Shown here: in pieces, positions 35,168 through 44,311 of the stretch | Numbering within the stretch: the stretch's first letter is position 1 | Layout: every line of letters starts with the position of its first letter | IMG/VR virus record: IMGVR_UViG_3300009093_000035 | Coordinates: 1-64,000 of that record | Reading direction: 5' to 3' (one strand) | DNA: 64,000 bases | Notes under the pieces: generated by a model | What the model was told of the DNA's origin: nothing | The model's input: the letters and a program-made list of their open reading frames with translations, nothing else | The model's database searches: none | Position numbers and translations under genes: made by a program

Positions 35168-36142
35168 TCAGCTCGGGATCGTCGCCGACAGAAGCCAACC
35201 CCGGTTCCCCGTGAGGTTGTAGTAGGCGGTGAACTTTCGACCCGTCCCAGGAGTGATCGTCTGAGCTCCCGTACCGAGAGGAGCCGTGATGCTCGTGAAG
35301 GGAGGGATCGTCCCGTTGACCGGGATCGTGATGTTCGCGGACGCGGCGCTGTCGAGGTAGAACGTGATCTCGGCTCCGGGCGGGTACTTCCGCGAATCCG
35401 GGAGCGTGATCGTAGCCGGAGCCACGATGTCCTCTCGGCCTCGGATGAAGGTCGGCGGGGTATCCGCGAGAAGAACGAGGTCTTCCGACGCCTTCACGTC
35501 GTGAGACAGGAATCGGGCCACGTACCCGAGGGCCGCATCAGCCGCCGCATGGTTCAGAATCCGCGGGTTCAAGGGATCGACCGAAGTCCCGAGGTCCCCG
35601 AGGACCGAGATCCGAGCCACATACGGACCCGCGGGATCCGTACCGAAGTGGACGCGGGGAGGATAGCCGAACGCCCACGTCGAGCCCGTGTCAGCGTAGA
35701 TGAACTTATCGATCCCGAGCGGGTTCCCGATCTTCGCCGCAGAGACCGCATTGTTCGCGATCTTCGGGTTCGTCACCGAGTTGTTCGCGATCTGAGCCGT
35801 CTGGACCGCGTCGGTCTGGATCTTCGCGTTCGTGATCGAGTTGTCGGCCATCGCCGCCGTACCGACCGCCTGAGCCGCGATCTTCGGCGTCGTGACGGCG
35901 CTCCCGCCCAGCTCGTTCGTCCCTACCGCCCCGGCCGCGATCCCCGGGTTCGGATAGGTTCCTGAGAGAGAACCTCCCGCGGCGCCTGACGGGGGCCCGC
36001 CTCCGCCTGTGAACGGGCCGCTCACCACTCCGAACTCGTCCATGCAGAAGAGCCCAGCGGCCTTCGTGTAGATGATTCGCGTACCGGTCGGGGGCGGGGT
36101 CGGCGGATCGACAGAGAGGTTCGAGGTGCGCAGCTGGCTCAT
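35168..36142 (-). CDS. fibre-like protein with 10-aa (A/S)VTxxKIA repeats
   Basis: AVTTPKIA, SITNAKIQ, SVTNPKIA, AVSAAKIG; GGSLSGTYPNP. Confidence 0.7.
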   Translation of the reverse strand: MSQLRTSNLSVDPPTPPPTGTRIIYTKAAGLFCMDEFGVVSGPFTGGGGPPSGAAGGSLSGTYPNPGIAAGAVGTNELGGSAVTTPKIAAQAVGTAAMADNSITNAKIQTDAVQTAQIANNSVTNPKIANNAVSAAKIGNPLGIDKFIYADTGSTWAFGYPPRVHFGTDPAGPYVARISVLGDLGTSVDPLNPRILNHAAADAALGYVARFLSHDVKASEDLVLLADTPPTFIRGREDIVAPATITLPDSRKYPPGAEITFYLDSAASANITIPVNGTIPPFTSITAPLGTGAQTITPGTGRKFTAYYNLTGNRGWLLSATIPS

Positions 36143-36181
36143 GTCCAGCCGTGTCTCATAGACACCGTAGCGCGCCCAACC

Positions 36182-36904
36182 TCATCCGCCCATCTTGATC
36201 TTCGCCCCGACGGGGACCCTCCGGGGGGCCGGAGAGGTCGGAGCAGCCCACGGATCGACCGGAGGAGGCCCGCCCGCCGAAGGGGGCGGAGGAGCCGGCG
36301 GTGGTGGGCTCCCGTCGAGCATGAGCCCCTCGGCCGGGAACTCCGTATTGGAGTCCCGGGTCTCCGTATTCCGGAAGTGAGCCGGATTGGGTCTCGGAGC
36401 CGCCTCGGGCTTCGGAGAAGCGTTCGGAGACGCGGGGGAGGGATTCGGACGGGGCTCCGCCTCGGGGGTTCCTAGGAGAACCTCGGGGGAGACGGGTTCC
36501 GACGCTACGACCGCCCTAGGGGGAGCTTTCCCCCTAGTTTCGGCTAGAGCGGAAATCGCTCGCTCGACCTCAGCATGCTGAGAGGTCGACTTCTCCGGGT
36601 CCGCGAAGTGGACAGAGGGGCCCGCCCACGGATCGCCTCCGATCACGTAGATCGGGGCCGCTACCTCCTTGAAGGGGAGTGCGCGGATGTCCTTGTAGTT
36701 CGGGTCGTTCGGATCCGCGAAAAGGACGTTGGTCAGGAGCCTGTCGACCTGAGTGCTGATTCGATCCTGCCATCGAGACTCCGACCATCCCGAGTTGACG
36801 CAGGTCGAATTTCTGCAGCGCTTGCAGAAGATCCCCATGAACTCCTTCGGGGGAATCCTCTGGTCGTTACAGTCTTCGAGGAGATCGAGCTTCCTACCAC
36901 TCAT
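36182..36904 (-). CDS. hypothetical protein with N-terminal Cys domain and Pro-rich tail
   Basis: Start MSGRKLDLL at 36904; CND...FCKRCRNSTC. Confidence 0.65.
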   Translation of the reverse strand: MSGRKLDLLEDCNDQRIPPKEFMGIFCKRCRNSTCVNSGWSESRWQDRISTQVDRLLTNVLFADPNDPNYKDIRALPFKEVAAPIYVIGGDPWAGPSVHFADPEKSTSQHAEVERAISALAETRGKAPPRAVVASEPVSPEVLLGTPEAEPRPNPSPASPNASPKPEAAPRPNPAHFRNTETRDSNTEFPAEGLMLDGSPPPPAPPPPSAGGPPPVDPWAAPTSPAPRRVPVGAKIKMGG

Positions 36905-37056
36905 TGAATCTCCGAGATCTCCCCCGGCCGCCCTGCGTTGACGCACTTCGCGTTAGAGCACGAACGACAGAAGGTCCCCTTGAAGACCGTCGTCGGTAGA
37001 TCCCGGTCGTTACAGGCCTTCAGAAGATCGAGCTTTCTAACCGGCTGCTTGCTCAT
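36901..37056 (-). CDS. 51-aa paralog of the N-terminal Cys domain of the downstream gene (not in ORF track)
   Basis: MSKQPVRKLDLLKACNDRDLPTTVFKGTFCRSCSNAKCVNAGRPGEISEIQ; ATGA overlap with 36904. Confidence 0.7.
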   Translation of the reverse strand: MSKQPVRKLDLLKACNDRDLPTTVFKGTFCRSCSNAKCVNAGRPGEISEIQ

Positions 37057-37399
37057 CGGCCACCTTTCGGAAGTTCTCTCGTAGAGACTCTATCCGCTTT
37101 TCCAACTCGATGATAACCGCGTCGACAGGAATGCCGGACTTCGGAGGTGTCCCGTTCTTCTTGTCCAGTTGGACGTGAGCGAGGTCCACAAGAGCCGTCC
37201 CGAGGTTCCAGGGTAGCTCGGGGAGATACCCACCGCTCTCCAGCTCCTGGAGTACGAAGCAGACGCGCAGAGAATCGTCGGAGGTAGCCGAAACCACCTC
37301 AGCCACGACCCTCACATCGTCTTCGAGCTTCTTCAGCCTCGTCTCTACGAGCTTTTCGAGGGCCGAGAGTCTTTCTTCAACCGTCTGCTTCGTCGTCAT
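37037..37399 (-). CDS. hypothetical coiled-coil protein
   Basis: ATGA-coupled to the polymerase gene. Confidence 0.55.
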   Translation of the reverse strand: MTTKQTVEERLSALEKLVETRLKKLEDDVRVVAEVVSATSDDSLRVCFVLQELESGGYLPELPWNLGTALVDLAHVQLDKKNGTPPKSGIPVDAVIIELEKRIESLRENFRKVADEQAAG

Positions 37400-40065
37400 G
37401 CTTCCACTTCAGGGAGGATACCGCCCCAAGCAGTCATGAGCGTCGGGGTAAGATCTTCCCCGTTCGGTCCTTCGACCTTCAGGAGCGCCGGAGTGGAGGG
37501 CTTCTCGCTGAGAAGACGGGCCAGAGGTCCGATCTCCTCGGTGGAGAAAGACTTCAGACGATACACTCGAATCGTCGTGGTCTTCTTCGGCTTCGCCACC
37601 TCCTTCGTCTCGGAGGGAGCGGTAGGCGCGTTCAGAGAATCGGGGAAGAGCCCCTTCAACTCCTCGGGCCACTTCCCGGACTTCCTCATCTTCTTCAAGT
37701 CCCACGGCACGCTCCAGTCGAGGCCGATCTCGACGTCAGAGGTGAGAGGGATCGGCCACTTCAGCTTCAAGAGCGCCGAGTTTCTCGTCATGATGCCCAC
37801 GAAGCAGTCGATCGCCTCCGCGAGGATGTCGTCCTCGATCTCGAAGACCAACTCGTCGTGCATCGTGAGGATCATGTAGACCTTCTCCAACCATCCGCGC
37901 TTCTTGCACTCCTTGTAGATCAGGCCCATCGCGAGCTTCGTGATGTCAGCGCTGGTTCCCTGGATCGGACCGTTCGTCGCGTTCCGCTCGGCCTTCGAAC
38001 GGAACCCGCCCATCTCATGATCGATGTCCGGGAGCGGGTAGCGGCGACCGAAGGCGGTCGGGACGTACTTGTACTTTCGCGCGAACGCGTGCTGTTGGTT
38101 CCACCACCCCTTCAAGCCCTTGTAGGACTTGTCGAACTGGTCCTTGATGCGCCATCCTTCTTGCTTACCGCAGCCGATCGCCGCGTCCACGGCGTTCCCG
38201 CCTCCGCCGTACACGAGGGCGAAGTTCGTTGTCTTCCCGTTCTGACGAAGACTCTTCCAGTCGGGACGCTTCTGAGCGTCCTCTCCGTACACAGTGAGAG
38301 CGGTGAGAGTGTGGAGGTCTCCGATCTTGTCCGAGCCGCAGACCGGGCAGTAGGGCGGAGGAGCCTCCGGAGTCGACTCCCCGTCGCTCCCCTGGAACAT
38401 GTGGTCGCAACCGGAGCAGTGGAAGAACTCTCGGACCCACTTCGGTTCGCGGGAGAGGTTCGTGACGATTCGAAGCTCGACGCCGCTGAAGTCGATCGCG
38501 ACGATCTTCCTTCCAGGTCGCGAGGTGATACACTCGCGGATCCTCGAAAGACACTCCGGTCGATTCGGGTCGTAGGTGGCCGGGGTTCCGTGGAAGGGGA
38601 ACCGTGTACCGCCGTCCTTCTTCGGATTCTTCGAGCCCTCCGCCGAGAAACGACCGGTGTCGACCTTGTGGCCGTTGAACTCGGCTCGGAGCGTGTGATC
38701 CGGAGCGCAGTCCTCGATCAAGGGAACAAGGTACTGAGAGAGAGCCTTCGCGATCTCGCGGAAGCGCTTGATCTTCCCGGCGAAGGGGAACTTCGCCCCC
38801 TGCTCTTCGAGCACTCGGTCCAGTTCGTCCTTGTTCGTGGCGACCTGACCCGACTTTTCCGTAGCGGTCAGCCCAGGTACCTTGCACTCGCGGAGGAGAG
38901 CCCCGAGCTGAGGGGCCGAGAGGATGTCGTAGACGACGGGGAAGTCCACGTCCTCGTTCGCCCCCTTTACCGTGAGGGAGGGAACGTTTCGGGTGATGGT
39001 CGTCACCGAAACTTTCTTCCCCTTCTTCTCCGTCGGATCGAGTTCCAGTCGGTCCGACTCTCGACGATAGGAGTCAACACGGTCCATGTACGAAGGCTGG
39101 ACCTCCTCGACGTCGAACTTCCCGAGAAGCGCGTCAGGGACCTCCCCCATCATGAGCTTGTAGTAGCCGGGGCGGACGTCCCGGCCGACGATCTCGGAAG
39201 CCGACCGATAGACCTCGTCGAGCGCGGAGATCCAGTCCTTCTGGCCGAGACGAGTCAGCTCCTTCGCCCGGTCGTGGTTGGTGTGTATCCGAGCCCGCTC
39301 CATCCATCGCGTCCCGGCGACGCAGAGCTTCTCGATCATGTAGATCAGACTCTGGCCGCTGTTCCCGTCCGTAGGGGCGAGAACGGCCGGAGAGACCTTC
39401 GGGAAGAGCTTCCAGGTACAGATCGCGTCGGACGCCCCGTACCAGATCACGTAGTCGAGACCCGGATCCAGGAGGGAGAAATCAAGGTTGTCCCGCTCGT
39501 CTGGCGGGAACAACTCCTCCAGCTCGATCATCTCCATCCCGAGGTCGGCGAGAGCGACGAACTTCAGGCCCACTCGCTTCTGACGCGGGTCTCGAAGGTA
39601 GGCGAGGATCAGAGTGTCCTCCCACTTCTTCGGGTCGTCCCACTCTCCGATCGGCTCCCCACCGCAAAACTGAAGGAACTCCTGGTCGAACTTTCCCTTA
39701 TGGAAGATGGCGACGGCTGGGGAAGCGATCAGCCTCATCATCTCCGACTTCCACAACGACCAGGAGACGTTGTGTTCGACTCCCTTCTTGTGGCGAAGGG
39801 GGATGTAGTAGCCAGTGATACCGTCGGCCGAAAGACAGCAGCCTACGATCTTCTCGACCGTCTCTCCGTTGAAGACTCGGTTGTCGAGACCCGTGGTCTC
39901 CAAGTCGAGGGAGTAGAGGCCGGACTTGATACACTCGTCGATCACCCCCGGAAGCATCTCAGCCGTACACCGGAGAAGCCGGTGAGATCCGTCAATCATC
40001 CAAGGCTTGGGGGCGACTTTATGGGTCGTAGCCTCGGTGAGGAAATCGAACATGTCACCAGACAT
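37396..40065 (-). CDS. polA: family A DNA polymerase with 3'-5' exonuclease
   Basis: Exonuclease DLETTG, KFD and YGASDA; TGRFS; motif A DFSGVELR; motif B RQNGKTTNFALVYG; motif C HDEL. Confidence 0.95.
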   Translation of the reverse strand: MSGDMFDFLTEATTHKVAPKPWMIDGSHRLLRCTAEMLPGVIDECIKSGLYSLDLETTGLDNRVFNGETVEKIVGCCLSADGITGYYIPLRHKKGVEHNVSWSLWKSEMMRLIASPAVAIFHKGKFDQEFLQFCGGEPIGEWDDPKKWEDTLILAYLRDPRQKRVGLKFVALADLGMEMIELEELFPPDERDNLDFSLLDPGLDYVIWYGASDAICTWKLFPKVSPAVLAPTDGNSGQSLIYMIEKLCVAGTRWMERARIHTNHDRAKELTRLGQKDWISALDEVYRSASEIVGRDVRPGYYKLMMGEVPDALLGKFDVEEVQPSYMDRVDSYRRESDRLELDPTEKKGKKVSVTTITRNVPSLTVKGANEDVDFPVVYDILSAPQLGALLRECKVPGLTATEKSGQVATNKDELDRVLEEQGAKFPFAGKIKRFREIAKALSQYLVPLIEDCAPDHTLRAEFNGHKVDTGRFSAEGSKNPKKDGGTRFPFHGTPATYDPNRPECLSRIRECITSRPGRKIVAIDFSGVELRIVTNLSREPKWVREFFHCSGCDHMFQGSDGESTPEAPPPYCPVCGSDKIGDLHTLTALTVYGEDAQKRPDWKSLRQNGKTTNFALVYGGGGNAVDAAIGCGKQEGWRIKDQFDKSYKGLKGWWNQQHAFARKYKYVPTAFGRRYPLPDIDHEMGGFRSKAERNATNGPIQGTSADITKLAMGLIYKECKKRGWLEKVYMILTMHDELVFEIEDDILAEAIDCFVGIMTRNSALLKLKWPIPLTSDVEIGLDWSVPWDLKKMRKSGKWPEELKGLFPDSLNAPTAPSETKEVAKPKKTTTIRVYRLKSFSTEEIGPLARLLSEKPSTPALLKVEGPNGEDLTPTLMTAWGGILPEVEA

Positions 40066-40074
40066 AGATGCTTC

Positions 40075-40503
40075 TTACTCCTCGGGAACTACGATGATCA
40101 CGATGACTTTTTCTTTCCAGAACCTAGCCACCTTTGAGGCGACCTCGACAGCGTTCGACTCTACGCCTCCGGCCTCCCAGCAATCCGGCATCTTCGGTCC
40201 CGGGATACAAGTCAGAGCCGCGTTGATACAACCCTTCCGAACCCTACAGAGCTTGTGCTCGGGAGGAAGGCGCTTCATCAGCGCTTCGGTCGCCGGTCCG
40301 AGGATCCTCATCATCGGAGTGGAATGGCCCCGGAGCGCCTGGTCGAAGATCTGGAAGGGTATCAAAGGGAAGAGCCCTTCCCATGGAGTCTCCTTCAACA
40401 CGGAGAGGATCCCCCAGGGATCTCCCCCTCTCGGAATCGCCCGCGCGATTCGAGGGGAACCCCAGTGAGGATCAGGGATCCGCGTCACCACGAAGTCGGT
40501 CAA
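40075..40503 (-). CDS. hypothetical protein
   Basis: 3' part of ORF 40075-40800; probable TTG start at 40503 after GGAAGG (uncertain). Confidence 0.5.
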   Translation of the reverse strand: MTDFVVTRIPDPHWGSPRIARAIPRGGDPWGILSVLKETPWEGLFPLIPFQIFDQALRGHSTPMMRILGPATEALMKRLPPEHKLCRVRKGCINAALTCIPGPKMPDCWEAGGVESNAVEVASKVARFWKEKVIVIIVVPEE

Positions 40504-40682
40504 GGGAGGTACCTTCCAAAAGGTTCGAACGAGGTGCTGGAACTCGGCGTGTCCGATCGCCGAAACTAGTTCGGGGACCTCTTGACGTACCCCCCAAGCC
40601 CACACGTACGGATCGAGGTTACAGATCCGAGAAGCGAACCGAGCCTTCGACGAAAGGAGCCGTCGCGCCAGGATTCGAGACG

Positions 40683-41276
40683 CTACATCATCTGAGCCTT
40701 CTGGAGGCGGACCACTACCTTCGCCTTCAGGTCTAGGAACTCGTCGAGAAGGTCCGGATCCTTTTCCAGAAGGAGGACCAGGCGATCGTACTCTTCCCAT
40801 AGGCGTAGGGTCGCGTTCAGGGTGAGGGCTTTCTCCGAGGTAGCTCCCTTCAGGAGAGCCGCGACCCGAGCCCGTCCGTCTTCAGCGGTCGCGATAGGAG
40901 CTTCGAGGGCTTCTTCCCATCCCTTCGAAGGCGCGGAAGGAGTCCCTTCTTCGTCCCCCTCAACCCAAGGCAAGGGAGGTAGGTGGTAACGCTTCTCCAG
41001 GACGTCGCAGGCAGTCCGGAAGTCGAGACCTTCCTTGTCGCGAACGGTTTGGATCGCGTCCCGACTTGTACCGCAGGCGAAGCAGAACCACTGCTGAGTC
41101 TCGGGGTAGACGCGTGCTGAGGGCTTCGAGTCGGTCCCGTCTCCGTGTAGGTCGCAGGAGAACTGCTGTTGTCTTCCACCCGAGTCGCTGTGGACCATGT
41201 ACCCGTACGAGGAGAGAACCGATGTGATCGAGATCTCAGTACGGATACGGTCGGCCCTGGCGGAAGCTCGGCTCAT
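40683..41276 (-). CDS. stand-alone primase CHC2 zinc-binding domain protein
   Basis: CDLHGD..D..PSA.VY....WFCFAC; no TOPRIM domain follows. Confidence 0.85.
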   Translation of the reverse strand: MSRASARADRIRTEISITSVLSSYGYMVHSDSGGRQQQFSCDLHGDGTDSKPSARVYPETQQWFCFACGTSRDAIQTVRDKEGLDFRTACDVLEKRYHLPPLPWVEGDEEGTPSAPSKGWEEALEAPIATAEDGRARVAALLKGATSEKALTLNATLRLWEEYDRLVLLLEKDPDLLDEFLDLKAKVVVRLQKAQMM

Positions 41277-41279
41277 CCC

Positions 41280-41867
41280 TCAGGAACTTACCTTCGCAGG
41301 AGGAAAGATCTGCTCGTCGAAAGCCAGAAACTCCGCGGGCGTTCGAAGGAAGTTCTCTTCCTTGTACGCTGGAAAGTTCTCCTCTTTGTGGACCGGGAAG
41401 TTCTCCTCGACCTGAGTCGGAAAGTTCGGCGGTTCGGGAGGTTGAAGCAACGTCGCGGGCAGATTCGGAGGCGGGGGAATCAGCGATGGGATCACCCTCT
41501 CCCCGCTCGGCGGAGGGGCGGACTTCGCTCGGTGCTTCCGGGCGATCGAGCGAGCGGAGGCGTTCTTGTTCGAGCACTTCCGAGAACAGTACTTGGACTT
41601 CGGAGACGCCGTCTTCCCGCACCCGGGCCACCCACAGATAGCCACCGAGGCTGCCAGAACCGTCTGGGCCTTCGCGATCTTCACCGCTGCTGCCGTCGGC
41701 TTCGTTGCCCCCGGAAGCAGAATCGGCTTGAACGGCTTCTTCATCCTCTGATCGTCCGGACGAGGACTGCCACAGTAGTAGCAGGTCTTCTGTACCGAGG
41801 GGAGCCGAGGAGCCGGAACGTGGTTGGTACAGATCCAGTGGTCGTCAGAGATCCATTTCGATTTCAA
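41280..41867 (-). CDS. Zn-finger hypothetical protein with 8-aa repeats
   Basis: CYYC and CGWPGC...YCSRKC; xxxNFPxx/KEENF repeats with 24-bp period near 41345-41430. Confidence 0.55.
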   Translation of the reverse strand: MKSKWISDDHWICTNHVPAPRLPSVQKTCYYCGSPRPDDQRMKKPFKPILLPGATKPTAAAVKIAKAQTVLAASVAICGWPGCGKTASPKSKYCSRKCSNKNASARSIARKHRAKSAPPPSGERVIPSLIPPPPNLPATLLQPPEPPNFPTQVEENFPVHKEENFPAYKEENFLRTPAEFLAFDEQIFPPAKVSS

Positions 41868-41879
41868 GGGTCTTTGCTT

Positions 41880-43400
41880 TCAGATCGTGTTGATGATGTC
41901 GTCCAAGACTTCGCTCTTCGCGTTCGACTTCTCTCGACTCTGGACGAGAGGAACCTCGTGAGAAGTGAGGAGGCGACGGCAATCCCACTTCACCGAAGAG
42001 AAGAAGTTCGCGAAGGGGGCGTGGTCGCGAGACTTCAGGCACTGGAACAGAACCTTGTTCTGGGTCCGAAGCTCGTCGTTCACGTACGACGAGGTGACGA
42101 TGTCGGAGGAGCGCTCGCACTCGTTCGCGTACGAGAGGTGGGTGAGGTTGTAGGGACCGTGACCCCATGCCCCGTCCGCCTTCTCCGAGATCTTCTCGGC
42201 CGCCTTGAAGCCTTCGCGGCTGATCTGGAAGAGCTCAACGACGGCCATCCCCTTACCGCGGTTGAAGTTCATCGAGAGCTTCTTCAGGTCGCGGATCACC
42301 TCGTTCAGTCGCTCCGTAGTCGAGGGGATCCACTTCCGAGGAGCCATGAGACCCGCGTGATCGACGAAGAGGAGCGAGAAGGGCGAGCGGGAGTAGATCA
42401 GCTCGGCCTTCGACTTCAGGTCCAGGACCGTGAAATCGTTCTTGTCCGGGTCGGAGACCTCGATGTGGATCTTCCCGTACTCCCCCTTGTCGAAGTCGGG
42501 GATCACGTAGTTCATCAGGAACAGCTCTTCGTTCGGAGTGAGTTCCCCGTCACGAAGGCGGTCGTAGACGATCCCGACTTGAGGGAGACCCAGCTCCATC
42601 CGGATCGACTTGAACTTGCCGTGCATACCGTGCATCGCGTACAGGATGCGGCGGCACTGCTTGTAGGGCATCTCCAGCGAGAAGATACAGACGTCGTAGC
42701 CGAAGTAGACGGCCTGGTTGTAGGCCCAGTTCAGCATGAGCGTCGACTTCAAACCGCCGGTGAAGGCCGCGTGAGTCCAAAGCTCCCCCGGCCGAGCGCC
42801 CTTCATGCTCTCGTCGAACTGCTGGATCCCGGTGAACTGACCGATACCGGCTCGCGGGTCGTTCTTCACCCGCTCGTAGTCGTCCTTGAAGTCCTTCGTG
42901 TCCCCGAGCACTTCTCCCGAAAGCCGAGCGCTGCTTGTGGGGGTGACGATGTCGTGGGACTTCGCGATGATGTAGCGGATCGCGTCGATCGGGCCGCGGA
43001 GGATCTTCGACTCTCGCCCCTCTTTGAACTCGACGCCGACCTGGACGATCTGACCCGCCTCCCGAAGGACGTTGATCACCCGAAGCTGACGACGATCCTC
43101 GGCGCGCTCCTCCAGCCGCTTGATGAAGTCGCCTCGGACGAGCGGCTTCAGAGGGGAGATGATCTCCAACCGGTCGACGGGCTCGGGCTTCTTCAGTGCC
43201 TCGAAGTGAGATCGGAGGGTTCGAAGCTCGGGGGAATGGTTGTGGGTCCGAGTGAAGTCTCGGATGAACTCCCAGAGGACTACATCTTCCGGAACGTCGA
43301 ACTCCAACCCCGAGTCGTCGAGGAGGAGGAAATTCCGGTGGATCTGTTCCTTGTCATCGGCCGGACCCCCGACGAAAGTTGAGCGGAGAAGGAACTTCAC
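41880..43400 (-). CDS. DnaB-like replicative helicase
   Basis: FTGI..FD, AFTGGLKST (Walker A variant), FSLEM, LFVDH, QISR and LKSR. Confidence 0.88.
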   Translation of the reverse strand: MKFLLRSTFVGGPADDKEQIHRNFLLLDDSGLEFDVPEDVVLWEFIRDFTRTHNHSPELRTLRSHFEALKKPEPVDRLEIISPLKPLVRGDFIKRLEERAEDRRQLRVINVLREAGQIVQVGVEFKEGRESKILRGPIDAIRYIIAKSHDIVTPTSSARLSGEVLGDTKDFKDDYERVKNDPRAGIGQFTGIQQFDESMKGARPGELWTHAAFTGGLKSTLMLNWAYNQAVYFGYDVCIFSLEMPYKQCRRILYAMHGMHGKFKSIRMELGLPQVGIVYDRLRDGELTPNEELFLMNYVIPDFDKGEYGKIHIEVSDPDKNDFTVLDLKSKAELIYSRSPFSLLFVDHAGLMAPRKWIPSTTERLNEVIRDLKKLSMNFNRGKGMAVVELFQISREGFKAAEKISEKADGAWGHGPYNLTHLSYANECERSSDIVTSSYVNDELRTQNKVLFQCLKSRDHAPFANFFSSVKWDCRRLLTSHEVPLVQSREKSNAKSEVLDDIINTI

Positions 43401-44311
43401 TTCCGACTCCTGTACTTGTTCTTGTTCGCCTTGGTCGGAGTGTCCGACCCGGGAACGGAGAACGACCTCGACTTACTCAACTGACCGCCTCCGAAGTACC
43501 CCGACAGAGAAGGGACCGTCTCTTCCCCGAGATCTAGAGCGGGAGGTGAGGTCTTTTCTACGACCTCGCCATCCTCGGTGATCTCTTCTTCCGGGGGGCT
43601 CTGGCCTAGGATCTGAACCCCGAGCAACGAATCGATCGAGTCATCGAGAGGGATGTACTTCCAACCGTCGATATACTCCATCACAGCGTCCGAGTAGGAA
43701 CGGTGCGGGTTCCCGAGCGCGTCCGGAGCATTCAATCGGTGACCGGGCTGATCCACTACCCAAGTCGGCATGTTCTCATGGTCTCTACGAGTGAGGGCTT
43801 CGTGGAAGACCTCGTGCATCGCGGAGTTCCTCGCGATCTTCACCCCGAGACGGATGATCAGGAGCCCGGGCGGGTCGACCAGATCCTCCAACGTCCTCTT
43901 CGAAGCAGAAGCTGAAGCCTGGCTGAGAGAGACCGCCATCTCCTGGTCGTAGATCTCCTGACCCTTCTCCTTCGCGTTGAAGAGCCACGCCTTCATGAGA
44001 TCGGCGTCGGTAGTGACGAGGAAGCTCCAGTTCCGACCCTGCCGAACCCCCACGTACTTCAGGTGGGAGCGAAGGGTGGAGTCATTCGCAGTGATGTAGA
44101 GGTCTTGGTTGACGTAGTCCAGAAGGGGGGACTCTTTGATCTTGTCGGCGTACGCGACACCCTTCCAGCCCCTCTCCAGATTGCGTATCGCGTCGCGCGC
44201 GAGAACGCACTTGCACGGTTGAGTGATCGGGATCCCGTGATGGGTCTCCTCCTTCTCAATCACCCCTGCGCCCATACATAGGCGACAGGACTTCGTCAGA
44301 TCTACGGTCAA
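43397..44311 (-). CDS. DnaC-like helicase loader, degenerate ATPase
   Basis: CRLC.G.G...PCKC N-terminus, LLIIRLG, ..R....PTW pattern; no GKT; adjacent to DnaB. Confidence 0.55.
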   Translation of the reverse strand: MTVDLTKSCRLCMGAGVIEKEETHHGIPITQPCKCVLARDAIRNLERGWKGVAYADKIKESPLLDYVNQDLYITANDSTLRSHLKYVGVRQGRNWSFLVTTDADLMKAWLFNAKEKGQEIYDQEMAVSLSQASASASKRTLEDLVDPPGLLIIRLGVKIARNSAMHEVFHEALTRRDHENMPTWVVDQPGHRLNAPDALGNPHRSYSDAVMEYIDGWKYIPLDDSIDSLLGVQILGQSPPEEEITEDGEVVEKTSPPALDLGEETVPSLSGYFGGGQLSKSRSFSVPGSDTPTKANKNKYRSRK

